Shown here in pieces: positions 38,884 to 46,882 of a stretch of DNA of 64,000 bases (its first letter is position 1; the number at the start of each line of letters is the position of its first letter). A program made the translations under genes and the position numbers. The notes below the pieces were generated by a model, which saw only the letters and a program-made list of their open reading frames with translations, had not been told where the DNA came from and did not search any database. The DNA is from Gammaproteobacteria bacterium. GTDB taxonomy: Bacteria; Pseudomonadota; Gammaproteobacteria; Eutrophobiales; Eutrophobiaceae. The DNA lies in contig OZ220696.1 in the NCBI GenBank assembly GCA_965116495.1, forward strand, positions 256,001 to 320,000. The letters are read 5' to 3'.

Positions 38884-40308
38884 TTGATAACAAAAATAGT
38901 TGCCGGCATCTGTTCAATTGGATTATTCCCTGAATTGACCATTGCCGAGTCCATTCACGCGCAGGTCTCGATAGTTGATGAACCATTGGTGTTCAACGAG
39001 GCGATGCTGGTGTCGGCAATCGTACTGGCCGTAACCTTCATAGGCATCTTCACAGAGATGGTACATGGCCTGGAACGCATGAAGGTGGCCGCCGGCGGCG
39101 CAGTGCTCATGGTTATCGTCGGGCAGGTTTATGGATTTTACACTCCGGAATTGGCAATCGAGGCAGTTGACTGGAACGTAGTCTTCCTGTTGGGCGCCAT
39201 GATGACGGTTGTTGCGATGATGATCCCCACCGGCGGCTTCGACATGCTGGCTTACAAGATTGCCAATTTCAGTAAAGGCCGGTTATATCTGTTACTGGTC
39301 TTGATTGGCACTTGCGTCACGGTCTTATCGTTGCTTCTGGATAATGTCACGACGGTGGTCATATTCGGCCCGCTAATTATCCTGATAGCCCGGGCGCAAA
39401 AGATTTCGCCGATTCCCTACCTGCTGGCGGCTGCCCTGTTATCCAACACGGGCGGTGTCGCCACCCTGGTTGGCGACCCCCCGAATCTGATGATAGGTTC
39501 CGCGGCACATATCTCATTTAACGATTTTGCCATCCATATGGTTCCACCAGTCCTGATTTCCTTGATTGGGGTATTGATCCTGTTGAAATTCCTGTTCAGG
39601 CAGGAACTGGCTGAGACGCCGGCAGACGTATCCGATTATTCGATGGAGCTAAAAAATCCGAAGGTATGGAACGCTTCCCTCTTGATTTTGGGAGCCATGG
39701 TGGTTCTGTTCATGCTGCACCATAGATTTCATTGGCAACCCTGGTTCGTTGCAGGAATAGGCATGGTGGCGCTGATGTACGTATCCCGTAGAATCACCAT
39801 GGATCAAGCGTTCGAACACGTGGAAATCACCTTGCTGGTATTCTTTATTTCCCTGTTCATGTTGGTGGGAGGCGTGGAGCACAGCCAGTTCCTCTTGTTC
39901 ATCGGACAGTTTATCATGCCTTTCGTCCAAGAGGACCTGATGATGGCGACCATTGTTCTGATGTGGGTGGGCGCCATCCTGTCCGCGGCCATCGATAATA
40001 TTCCTTTCACTGCTGCGATGATCCCTATAATTCTCAGTATGGACACTGCGGGGATTAACGTGACACCGCTGTGGTGGGGGCTGGCCATAGGCGTAGGGAT
40101 GGGCGGCAACGGCACTCATATCGGTTCAACGGCCAACGTGTTCATCGTAACGATCTCGGAGCGGTTGGCGAGAAACGAAAACGATCCCAGCTTGCGCATC
40201 ACGCCCGGACTCTGGTTCAGGAAGGGTTTGCCGGTCATGCTGCTGACCCTGGTGTTGTCGACGATCTTCTTTATCATCTTCTGGGACTTCCTGTCACGCC
40301 CCTTGTAG
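38884..40308 (+). CDS. ArsB/NhaD/SLC13-type ion-transporter superfamily permease
   Basis: LDNVTTV, SNTGGVATLVGDPPN, IDNIPF, GGNGTHIGSTAN; exact start uncertain. Confidence 0.85.
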   Translation: MITKIVAGICSIGLFPELTIAESIHAQVSIVDEPLVFNEAMLVSAIVLAVTFIGIFTEMVHGLERMKVAAGGAVLMVIVGQVYGFYTPELAIEAVDWNVVFLLGAMMTVVAMMIPTGGFDMLAYKIANFSKGRLYLLLVLIGTCVTVLSLLLDNVTTVVIFGPLIILIARAQKISPIPYLLAAALLSNTGGVATLVGDPPNLMIGSAAHISFNDFAIHMVPPVLISLIGVLILLKFLFRQELAETPADVSDYSMELKNPKVWNASLLILGAMVVLFMLHHRFHWQPWFVAGIGMVALMYVSRRITMDQAFEHVEITLLVFFISLFMLVGGVEHSQFLLFIGQFIMPFVQEDLMMATIVLMWVGAILSAAIDNIPFTAAMIPIILSMDTAGINVTPLWWGLAIGVGMGGNGTHIGSTANVFIVTISERLARNENDPSLRITPGLWFRKGLPVMLLTLVLSTIFFIIFWDFLSRPL

Positions 40309-40344
40309 GGGCTAAGTGATAAGAACCAGGGGCCAGGAAGTGAA

Positions 40345-40431
40345 CCACTCCCGCAACAGCGGGAGTCCAGTGGGCAATATTTCTTATAATGAGTTTTGTT
40401 ATCTGTTGGATTCCCGTTTGCGCGGGAATGG
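40345..40431. repeat. TCCCGC-N-GCGGGA paired palindrome (dRS3/RPE-like) between convergent genes
   Basis: ACTCCCGCAACAGCGGGAGTCC ... GGATTCCCGTTTGCGCGGGAAT; similar to the hairpin at about 28700. Confidence 0.75.
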
Positions 40432-40435
40432 TTTA

Positions 40436-40666
40436 CTACTCATCAAACCAGCGATCCAGTTCATCGGTTTTCAGTTCTTCAATAGTGTAGGTGTTGAACG
40501 ACTTATAGACTTTCCAGTTGTATATTTTTGCCTCGATATCCAGCGTCTCCATGGCGTCTGCCTGCTCCAGCCGGACCCGGTATTTCCTGATTTGACCGTC
40601 GGCATAGTCATTACATTGCCTGACGAAATCACTGATGATTTTTTTCTTTTCCGTAACACTGACCAT
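40436..40666 (-). CDS. Small hypothetical protein
   Basis: MVSVTEKKK...WFDE with an AGGAG SD before ATG 40666. Confidence 0.6.
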   Translation of the reverse strand: MVSVTEKKKIISDFVRQCNDYADGQIRKYRVRLEQADAMETLDIEAKIYNWKVYKSFNTYTIEELKTDELDRWFDE

Positions 40667-40810
40667 AATATTCTCCTGGCTGGTAGTTGAAAGGACTTGC
40701 ACTGCACGCCAGTCTTTTCCATATGCACAGATTTAATGTATATTACCGGGTTAAGCAGATTTAACCGTATAATTATCTTACATAATCATATTATAACTTT
40801 GGGGATTGCT

Positions 40811-42055
40811 ATGGCTGATTATGTCACACATACCTTACCTGATGTCAGGTTGACCGATCACCTTCGTGAGATACTGGCCCAGCTTGACGAATCCAATGTT
40901 GAATTGAAGGACTGCATTAGCATGCCGCCGGCGGTATATACGTCCGAAGAGTGGTTCGATTTCGAGAAGCGGGCTGTCTGGGACAGGGAATGGATCTGCG
41001 TGGGGCACGTGGGTACGATACCACAGGCGGGCGATTACGTGTCCGTTACGATCAACGAAGACCCTCTCCTGGTACAGCGGCGGGATGACGGCGGCGTGCG
41101 GGTCATGTCTGCAGTGTGCCAGCACCGCGGTCACCTGTTGGGAGAGGAAAAAGGCAATACCCGGGTTTTTACCTGCCCTTTCCATGGCTGGTCCTACGAT
41201 GAAACGGGCAAGCTGGTCAGCGCCCCGGAAATGGACACTCATGCCAGCCTGGGTGAATTGCAGCAAAAATATTGCCTGCCGACATTGCGTACCGAGGTGT
41301 GGAACGGTTTTATCTTTATCAACATGGATGGTAACGCAAAACCCCTCGCCCCGCGCCTGAAACGGCTCGGCAAGGAGATTGAGAACCATCACCTCGCCGA
41401 GATGGGCGGTGTGCCTACGGTTGACTGGGGACCCAGTCCGTGGAACTGGAAATTCATGCACGAGAATGCCATTGAACCCCATCACACCTGGTACCTGCAC
41501 AAAGGGCCGCACGATTTTGCCCCTTCCAAGCTGGCTACTTTTGCAGAATGGGACGATTTCGATGACGGCGCCATATATCACCCGACCGGGTTCCTGGAAC
41601 TGGATGGTAATTTTACCTCTGCTTTCAGTTGCCTGTTTCCCGTGATCGAGGGCTTGAGCGAAAATGAACGCAAGCGGGTAATGTTCGCCTGTATCCTGCC
41701 CAACCTGTTCTTCGGTTGTGTGCCGGACGGTTGTTTTTATTACTGTATCCTGCCACAGGGCGCCAATGCCATGACCATCCGGGTCGGTTTTGTCTATCCT
41801 AAATCTACTCTGCGCATGGATAACTTCGATATCATTTTCAAGGCCGTTGTCATGGGTCTGGAAACCCTGAATGACCAGGATACCGGCGCCAACACCAATG
41901 TTCACAAGGGCCTGCGGTCACGTTTTGCGCCGCGTGGACGCTATGCCCCGAAAGAGGCGACCCTGCCGCAATTCAACCGCTGGTTGATAACCCGCTACAA
42001 GGCTTACGCGGCAGAGCTTGAAGGACGTAAGCAGACAGCTAAGCGGGTTGCTTGA
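40811..42055 (+). CDS. Rieske non-heme iron oxygenase, alpha subunit
   Basis: CQHRG...CPFHGW Rieske motif; ENAIEPHHTWYLH and DQD mononuclear-Fe ligands; start likely MADYV (40811). Confidence 0.93.
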   Translation: MADYVTHTLPDVRLTDHLREILAQLDESNVELKDCISMPPAVYTSEEWFDFEKRAVWDREWICVGHVGTIPQAGDYVSVTINEDPLLVQRRDDGGVRVMSAVCQHRGHLLGEEKGNTRVFTCPFHGWSYDETGKLVSAPEMDTHASLGELQQKYCLPTLRTEVWNGFIFINMDGNAKPLAPRLKRLGKEIENHHLAEMGGVPTVDWGPSPWNWKFMHENAIEPHHTWYLHKGPHDFAPSKLATFAEWDDFDDGAIYHPTGFLELDGNFTSAFSCLFPVIEGLSENERKRVMFACILPNLFFGCVPDGCFYYCILPQGANAMTIRVGFVYPKSTLRMDNFDIIFKAVVMGLETLNDQDTGANTNVHKGLRSRFAPRGRYAPKEATLPQFNRWLITRYKAYAAELEGRKQTAKRVA

Positions 42056-42058
42056 GGG

Positions 42059-42261
42059 GAATTAAGAATTACGAATTACGAATTAGGAATTAGGAATTAG
42101 GAATTAGTGCATCCTGGCAATTAGCAATCCATATTGTAAATTTTGCCAGAACTGAAATCCTTACACGTCGCCACATGCGTCTCATTCAATTCCTAATTCC
42201 TAATTCCTAATTCCTAATTCGTAATTCCTAATTCGTAATTCCTAATTCGTAATTCGTAATT
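42059..42261. repeat. Inverted pair of 7-nt tandem arrays, locus 2
   Basis: 7 x GAATTA(A/C/G) at 42059-42107, an 80-bp spacer, then 10 x AATTC(CT/GT) at 42188-42257. Confidence 0.95.
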
Positions 42262-42269
42262 ATATCGAT

Positions 42270-43022
42270 ATGAGTAATGAACTTGCCGAAATAAAGGGAC
42301 TGCTGGAAAAGCTGGATGCCAAGTTGACCCACCTCGAAGACGTGGAGGCGATACAGCGCCTGATAGTAACGTACGCCAGGGGTTGTGATCGCGGCAATGA
42401 CCCTGACGTCATCGGCCCCTGTTTCGCAGAAGACGGTACCTGGGAATGCAAGGGTTTCGGCAAATACCATGGCCGGGATAAACTGGCAAGGGGACTGCAC
42501 GGGATTGCCGGCGAGAAAATCTGGTGGTCGTTACACTACATGATCTCCCCGCTTATCGACATCGCTCCTGACGGTCTCAGCGCCACGGTATTCTGGTACC
42601 TGTGGGAATCGGCAACCGTACCCAACCCCCACACCAATGAGGCGGAATCCCACTGGATAGGCGGCACCTACGACTGTCAGTGCGTCAAGCGGGACGGACG
42701 CTGGCTGTTCCAGTCCATGGAATTGAAGCTGAATATGGTGAGTCCGTACGACGACGGTTGGGTAAAAGCCAAATTCCTCGATGGCAGCCGTAATTCACCC
42801 TACCTGATGAACCTGGACGAGGGTGAGTATTACTGGTGCGCCTGCGGCCGCTCGCAAAATCAGCCGTTCTGCGACGGTTCCCACAAGGAAACGAGACGCG
42901 TGCCGCTGCAATTCAAACTGGACGGCTTCCAGCATGTTGCCCTGTGCGGTTGCAAGTACTCGAAAACCAAGCCCTGGTGTGACGGTTCACATTTAAAACT
43001 CAACCTGGACCAGGGTTCCTGA
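42270..43022 (+). CDS. NTF2/SnoaL-like domain fused to two CDGSH [2Fe-2S] motifs
   Basis: N-terminal LEDVEAIQRL..YARGCD..FAEDGTW..H..GTY..KRDGRW; C-terminal WCACGRSQNQPFCDGSH and LCGCKYSKTKPWCDGSH. Confidence 0.88.
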   Translation: MSNELAEIKGLLEKLDAKLTHLEDVEAIQRLIVTYARGCDRGNDPDVIGPCFAEDGTWECKGFGKYHGRDKLARGLHGIAGEKIWWSLHYMISPLIDIAPDGLSATVFWYLWESATVPNPHTNEAESHWIGGTYDCQCVKRDGRWLFQSMELKLNMVSPYDDGWVKAKFLDGSRNSPYLMNLDEGEYYWCACGRSQNQPFCDGSHKETRRVPLQFKLDGFQHVALCGCKYSKTKPWCDGSHLKLNLDQGS

Positions 43023-43024
43023 CC

Positions 43025-44677
43025 ATGCTTTCCAGAAGAATATTCCTTAAATCATCCGTCGCGGCTGCAGGCGCGCCCCTGGCTGCCCATGCAGGGATGG
43101 TGGCAGGAGATGAACTGCAGGGGACCCCCCAGCCGGAGATTTTAACACCTGCCGAGTACAACCAGGCTGTTGAGGAATTGCGTCAGGTCGTCGGTGCTGA
43201 GTGGGTGGTTACCGATGAACAGCAGGAACTGAGAACGTATCGGGATGTCTATTCGACGCTACCTGACGAGGCTAATATGCCGTCTGCAGCGGTTGCGCCC
43301 AGGACCGTTGAGGAGATCCAGGCCATCCTGGGCATTGCCCGCAATTATAAGATTCCCCTTTGGACCGTTTCCACCGGCAAGAATTATGCCTACGGCGGTC
43401 CGGCGCCGCGCAAGCCCGGTTTTTTTGTCCTCGATTTAAACCGCATGAAGCGTATCATCGAGGTCAACGAGGAACACGGCTATGCCGTGGTTGAACCGGG
43501 GGTCAGCTATTTTGAGTTGTATAATTACCTGCAACAACGCGGCAGCAAATTATGGATAGACCCTGCGGCCCCGGGTTGGGGCAGCGTACTCGGCAACCTG
43601 TCGGAGCACGGAGCCGGTTACACACCCTATGGCGACCACCTGTTGATGAACTGCGGTATGCAGGTGGTGCTCGCCGACGGTACCGTCGTTGATACCGGCA
43701 TGGGGGCCTTGTCCGGCTCCACTACGTCCAGCCTGTACAAATATGGTTGCGGACCCTGGGTGGAAGGCATGTTCACCCAGTCAAATTTCGGCATCATAAC
43801 CAAAGTGGGTATCTGGTTGATGCCCGAGCCGCCGGGATACCGGCCATACCTGGTGACATTCCCGCGCGAAGAAGATCTTTACCGGATTACCGAGGTTGTC
43901 GGTCCCTTGCGTCTTAATATGTTGATACCCAATGCGGCAACGACCGTAGGACTGATCTGGGAAGCTGCCCCCAGGGCAACCAGGAAGCAGTATTACCGCG
44001 GTAAGGGTCCCATGCCCATGCGCCATCGCCAAAAAATGGCGGAGGACCTGGACATCGGCATGTGGAATTTTTACGGCGCGCTGTATGGACCTGAACCGAT
44101 TATGGATAACAACTGGAAAGTCCTGGAAGAGGCCTTTCGCAGCATCCCCGGCGCTAAATTTTACTTTGAAGGGGACAGGCCGAATGATCCGGCCTGGCGC
44201 TACCGGGTCAAGCTTATGCGCGGCGAACCGAACATGACCGAATTCAGCTTAATGAATTGGGTGGGCAGTGGTGCGCATATCGATTTCTCGCCGCGCTCAC
44301 CGGTAACCGGCGAGGATTCCATGAAACAGTTCACACTGATTAGGGACCGGGCGAATGAGTACGGGTTCGATTATATCGGTGAGTTCCTGGTGGGATGGCG
44401 TGAACTCCTGAACATCTTTCAACTGGTTTTTGATCGCCTGGATGACGATGAGCGGCGCCGCGCCCATGAGTGTTTCGGCCTGCTGGTCAATGATTTTGCC
44501 GAACAGGGTTATGGTGAGTACCGTACCCATCTCAATTTCATGGACGAGATTGCCGCCACCTATAACTGGAACGAAGGGGCGCTATGGAAATTACACCACA
44601 GAATCAAGCAGGCGCTCGATCCGGATGGTATTTTGTCACCGGGTAAAAGCGGCATTTGGCCATCTCAGGTAAGTTAA
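43025..44677 (+). CDS. VAO / p-cresol methylhydroxylase family flavoprotein with Tat signal
   Basis: SRRIFLK twin-arginine motif; STGKNYAYGG, VEPGVSY, GYTPYGDH, GAHIDFSP, GEYRTH, DPDGILSPGK. Confidence 0.92.
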   Translation: MLSRRIFLKSSVAAAGAPLAAHAGMVAGDELQGTPQPEILTPAEYNQAVEELRQVVGAEWVVTDEQQELRTYRDVYSTLPDEANMPSAAVAPRTVEEIQAILGIARNYKIPLWTVSTGKNYAYGGPAPRKPGFFVLDLNRMKRIIEVNEEHGYAVVEPGVSYFELYNYLQQRGSKLWIDPAAPGWGSVLGNLSEHGAGYTPYGDHLLMNCGMQVVLADGTVVDTGMGALSGSTTSSLYKYGCGPWVEGMFTQSNFGIITKVGIWLMPEPPGYRPYLVTFPREEDLYRITEVVGPLRLNMLIPNAATTVGLIWEAAPRATRKQYYRGKGPMPMRHRQKMAEDLDIGMWNFYGALYGPEPIMDNNWKVLEEAFRSIPGAKFYFEGDRPNDPAWRYRVKLMRGEPNMTEFSLMNWVGSGAHIDFSPRSPVTGEDSMKQFTLIRDRANEYGFDYIGEFLVGWRELLNIFQLVFDRLDDDERRRAHECFGLLVNDFAEQGYGEYRTHLNFMDEIAATYNWNEGALWKLHHRIKQALDPDGILSPGKSGIWPSQVS

Positions 44678-44680
44678 ACA

Positions 44681-45070
44681 GTGCTCCCTGTGTCCTCCGT
44701 GGCAAAAATATCCGTGGCAATATTGTTGTTATTGCTGGCGGGCTGTGGCGGTGATGAAGCCCCCGGGACAGGTGAGGCGGCAGTCGGGCAGGCCACCATG
44801 GCGATAGACCAGTATGATGGCAAAGGCTTGTTCGAGTTATATTGTATCGCCTGTCATGGCGCGGGACCCGGCCACCCGGGTACCATGCGCCTGCAGGAAA
44901 GGCTGAGTGAAGATCAGGCGCCCCTGCTCAGCCGGGATAACCTGGAGCCCGAGTATGTAAAGCTGGTGGTACGGGAAGGCTTCAAGCTGATGCCGCCGTT
45001 TCGCCCCAGTGAAATCACCGATAAGCAGTTGGACCTGTTGACGGGCTATATTACGGGGGAAGAAAACTGA
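44681..45070 (+). CDS. Monoheme cytochrome c, lipoprotein (PchC-like partner)
   Basis: LLAGC lipobox, CIACH, VREGFKLMPPFRPSEI. Confidence 0.88.
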   Translation: MLPVSSVAKISVAILLLLLAGCGGDEAPGTGEAAVGQATMAIDQYDGKGLFELYCIACHGAGPGHPGTMRLQERLSEDQAPLLSRDNLEPEYVKLVVREGFKLMPPFRPSEITDKQLDLLTGYITGEEN

Positions 45071-46554
45071 TGGATATGGAGACCGTCACATTATCACCTG
45101 AGGCCCGGGCCGTAGCGAAACGGGTCCGCAATCTACGTGATTACCTTGAATTACTGGCTGAGCACGGTCAGTGTATTACCTGGCCGGAAGCAGTCATGCC
45201 AGAGCCTGATATCCGTAAGGTTGTCGTTGCGTCCGGGCGCGATGCAATGGCGGGGCCGGCCATCCTGTTTGACAAGATCCGCGGTTACCCCGGAAAAAGA
45301 CTGGTAGTAGGCGTGCATGGCAGTTTTTCCAATATTGCCCTGCTGTTGGGCAAGACGAAAGGGACCAGTATCAAGGAATTGTTCTACGAACTTATAGGTC
45401 GTTGGGGCTCCGACAGGCCGCTGATCAACAGGGTGGAACCGGAAGATGCACCGGTGCACGAGAACAGGCTTGAAGCTGATATCAACCTGTATGACCTGCT
45501 GCCGTTGTATCGTATCAATTCCCTGGATGGCGGTTTTTATATCGCCAAGGCCAATATTGTCAGCCGCGATCCCCGTGACCCCGATAATTTTGCCAAACAG
45601 AACGTGGGAATATACCGCATCCAGGTACAGGGTCCTGACCGATTTACCTTGTTGTCTGTCCCGTCCCATGACATGGCGCAACAGATCCGCATGGCGGAAC
45701 AGGATGATGTCCCGTTGAAGATCGCCGTGATGATCGGCAACCACCCGGCCATGGCCATGTTTGCAGCCACTCCGGTGAATTACGACGAATCGGAATTTGC
45801 CTACGCCTCGCAGATGATGGGCAGCCCCATTGACCTGACCCGGTCCGGCAATGGCCTGGATATCCTCGCCGGCTCGGAAATGGTCATAGAAGCGCAATTA
45901 TTGAATAACCGGCGCTGCCTGGAAGGGCCGTTCGGAGAATTTCCGGGTAGTTACAGTGGTATTGGCCGAGTCCCCCTGTTCCAGGTGACTGCCGTATCCC
46001 ACCGTACCGAGCCCATCTTTGAAAGTATTTATATCGGCAAGGGCTGGACCGAGCACGACACCTTGATCGGGCTGAATACCTCTGCGCCCATTTACTCCCA
46101 ATTAAAGGAAAACTTTCCTGAAGTCGTTGCGGTGAACGCCTTGTACCAGCACGGTTTGACCGCGATCATTTCGGTGAAGAACCGGTTTGCCGGTTTCGCC
46201 AAATCAGTTGCCATGCGCGCCCTCGGGACACCCCACGGCCTGTTGTACCTGAAAAACCTTATCATGGTGGACGACGACGTGGATCCCTTTGATCTCAACC
46301 AGGTGATGTGGGCTCTGTCCACGCGCACCCGCGCCGGTGATATTATCGTCATACCCAACATGCCAATGGTGCACATTGACCCGTCTGCGGAAATTCCGGG
46401 CAAGGGACATCATCTTATCATTGACGCAACCAGCTTCATGCCGCCTGATCCCATCGGCGCTGACGCAAAAATCGTAGCGCCGCCCAGGGGTCCCGAAATA
46501 GATGACCTGGCAAAGTATATTCATCGTTTGCAAAGAGAGGCGGAAAACCGATGA
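45070..46554 (+). CDS. UbiD-family non-oxidative hydroxyarylic acid decarboxylase subunit C (VdcC/BsdC-like)
   Basis: DGGFY, QNVGIYRIQV, EGPFGEFPGSY, VDDDVDPF, WALSTR; followed by a D subunit. Confidence 0.92.
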   Translation: MDMETVTLSPEARAVAKRVRNLRDYLELLAEHGQCITWPEAVMPEPDIRKVVVASGRDAMAGPAILFDKIRGYPGKRLVVGVHGSFSNIALLLGKTKGTSIKELFYELIGRWGSDRPLINRVEPEDAPVHENRLEADINLYDLLPLYRINSLDGGFYIAKANIVSRDPRDPDNFAKQNVGIYRIQVQGPDRFTLLSVPSHDMAQQIRMAEQDDVPLKIAVMIGNHPAMAMFAATPVNYDESEFAYASQMMGSPIDLTRSGNGLDILAGSEMVIEAQLLNNRRCLEGPFGEFPGSYSGIGRVPLFQVTAVSHRTEPIFESIYIGKGWTEHDTLIGLNTSAPIYSQLKENFPEVVAVNALYQHGLTAIISVKNRFAGFAKSVAMRALGTPHGLLYLKNLIMVDDDVDPFDLNQVMWALSTRTRAGDIIVIPNMPMVHIDPSAEIPGKGHHLIIDATSFMPPDPIGADAKIVAPPRGPEIDDLAKYIHRLQREAENR

Positions 46555-46793
46555 ACTGCCCCCGCTGCCGCTCAACCAAAGAACACCTGCGGGTCGAATA
46601 CCAGGGCAGGGAAGGGGATGCCGTGCTCTGGACCGTGTATCACTGTAACCGTTGTTCGTTCACCTGGCGCGACAGCGAGCCGGCCGAATCGATAAATTAT
46701 ACAAAGCGGGAAGCCTGGTTCAGGGCCGATCCGGACCACCCGGAAAAATACAAACACAATATTCCCCCGGCAAGCCCGGACACAGGGGAATGA
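46551..46793 (+). CDS. Hydroxyarylic acid decarboxylase subunit D (VdcD/BsdD-like)
   Basis: CPRC...WTVYHCNRCSFTWRDSEP zinc-ribbon pattern; ATGA overlap with subunit C. Confidence 0.9.
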   Translation: MNCPRCRSTKEHLRVEYQGREGDAVLWTVYHCNRCSFTWRDSEPAESINYTKREAWFRADPDHPEKYKHNIPPASPDTGE

Positions 46794-46882
46794 TAATGTA
46801 TAGCGCACTTTTTTATTGCCCGGCATGGCGTAGAAAGAGGCGGTGGTGAGGAGACGACCCGTTGACTCCAGGATAAGCTTGT

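Noticed and set aside
40835-41905. 356-aa antisense ORF opposite the Rieske gene (also 45151-45897, 56878-57570, 61153-61863, 10267-11016)
   Set aside because: Shadow ORFs of well-supported genes, explained by codon bias; no motifs
43025-44677. Assigning the symbol pchF (and hpaB to 49457-50956)
   Set aside because: The flavinylation residue and gene context differ from the characterised enzymes; only family-level calls are supported
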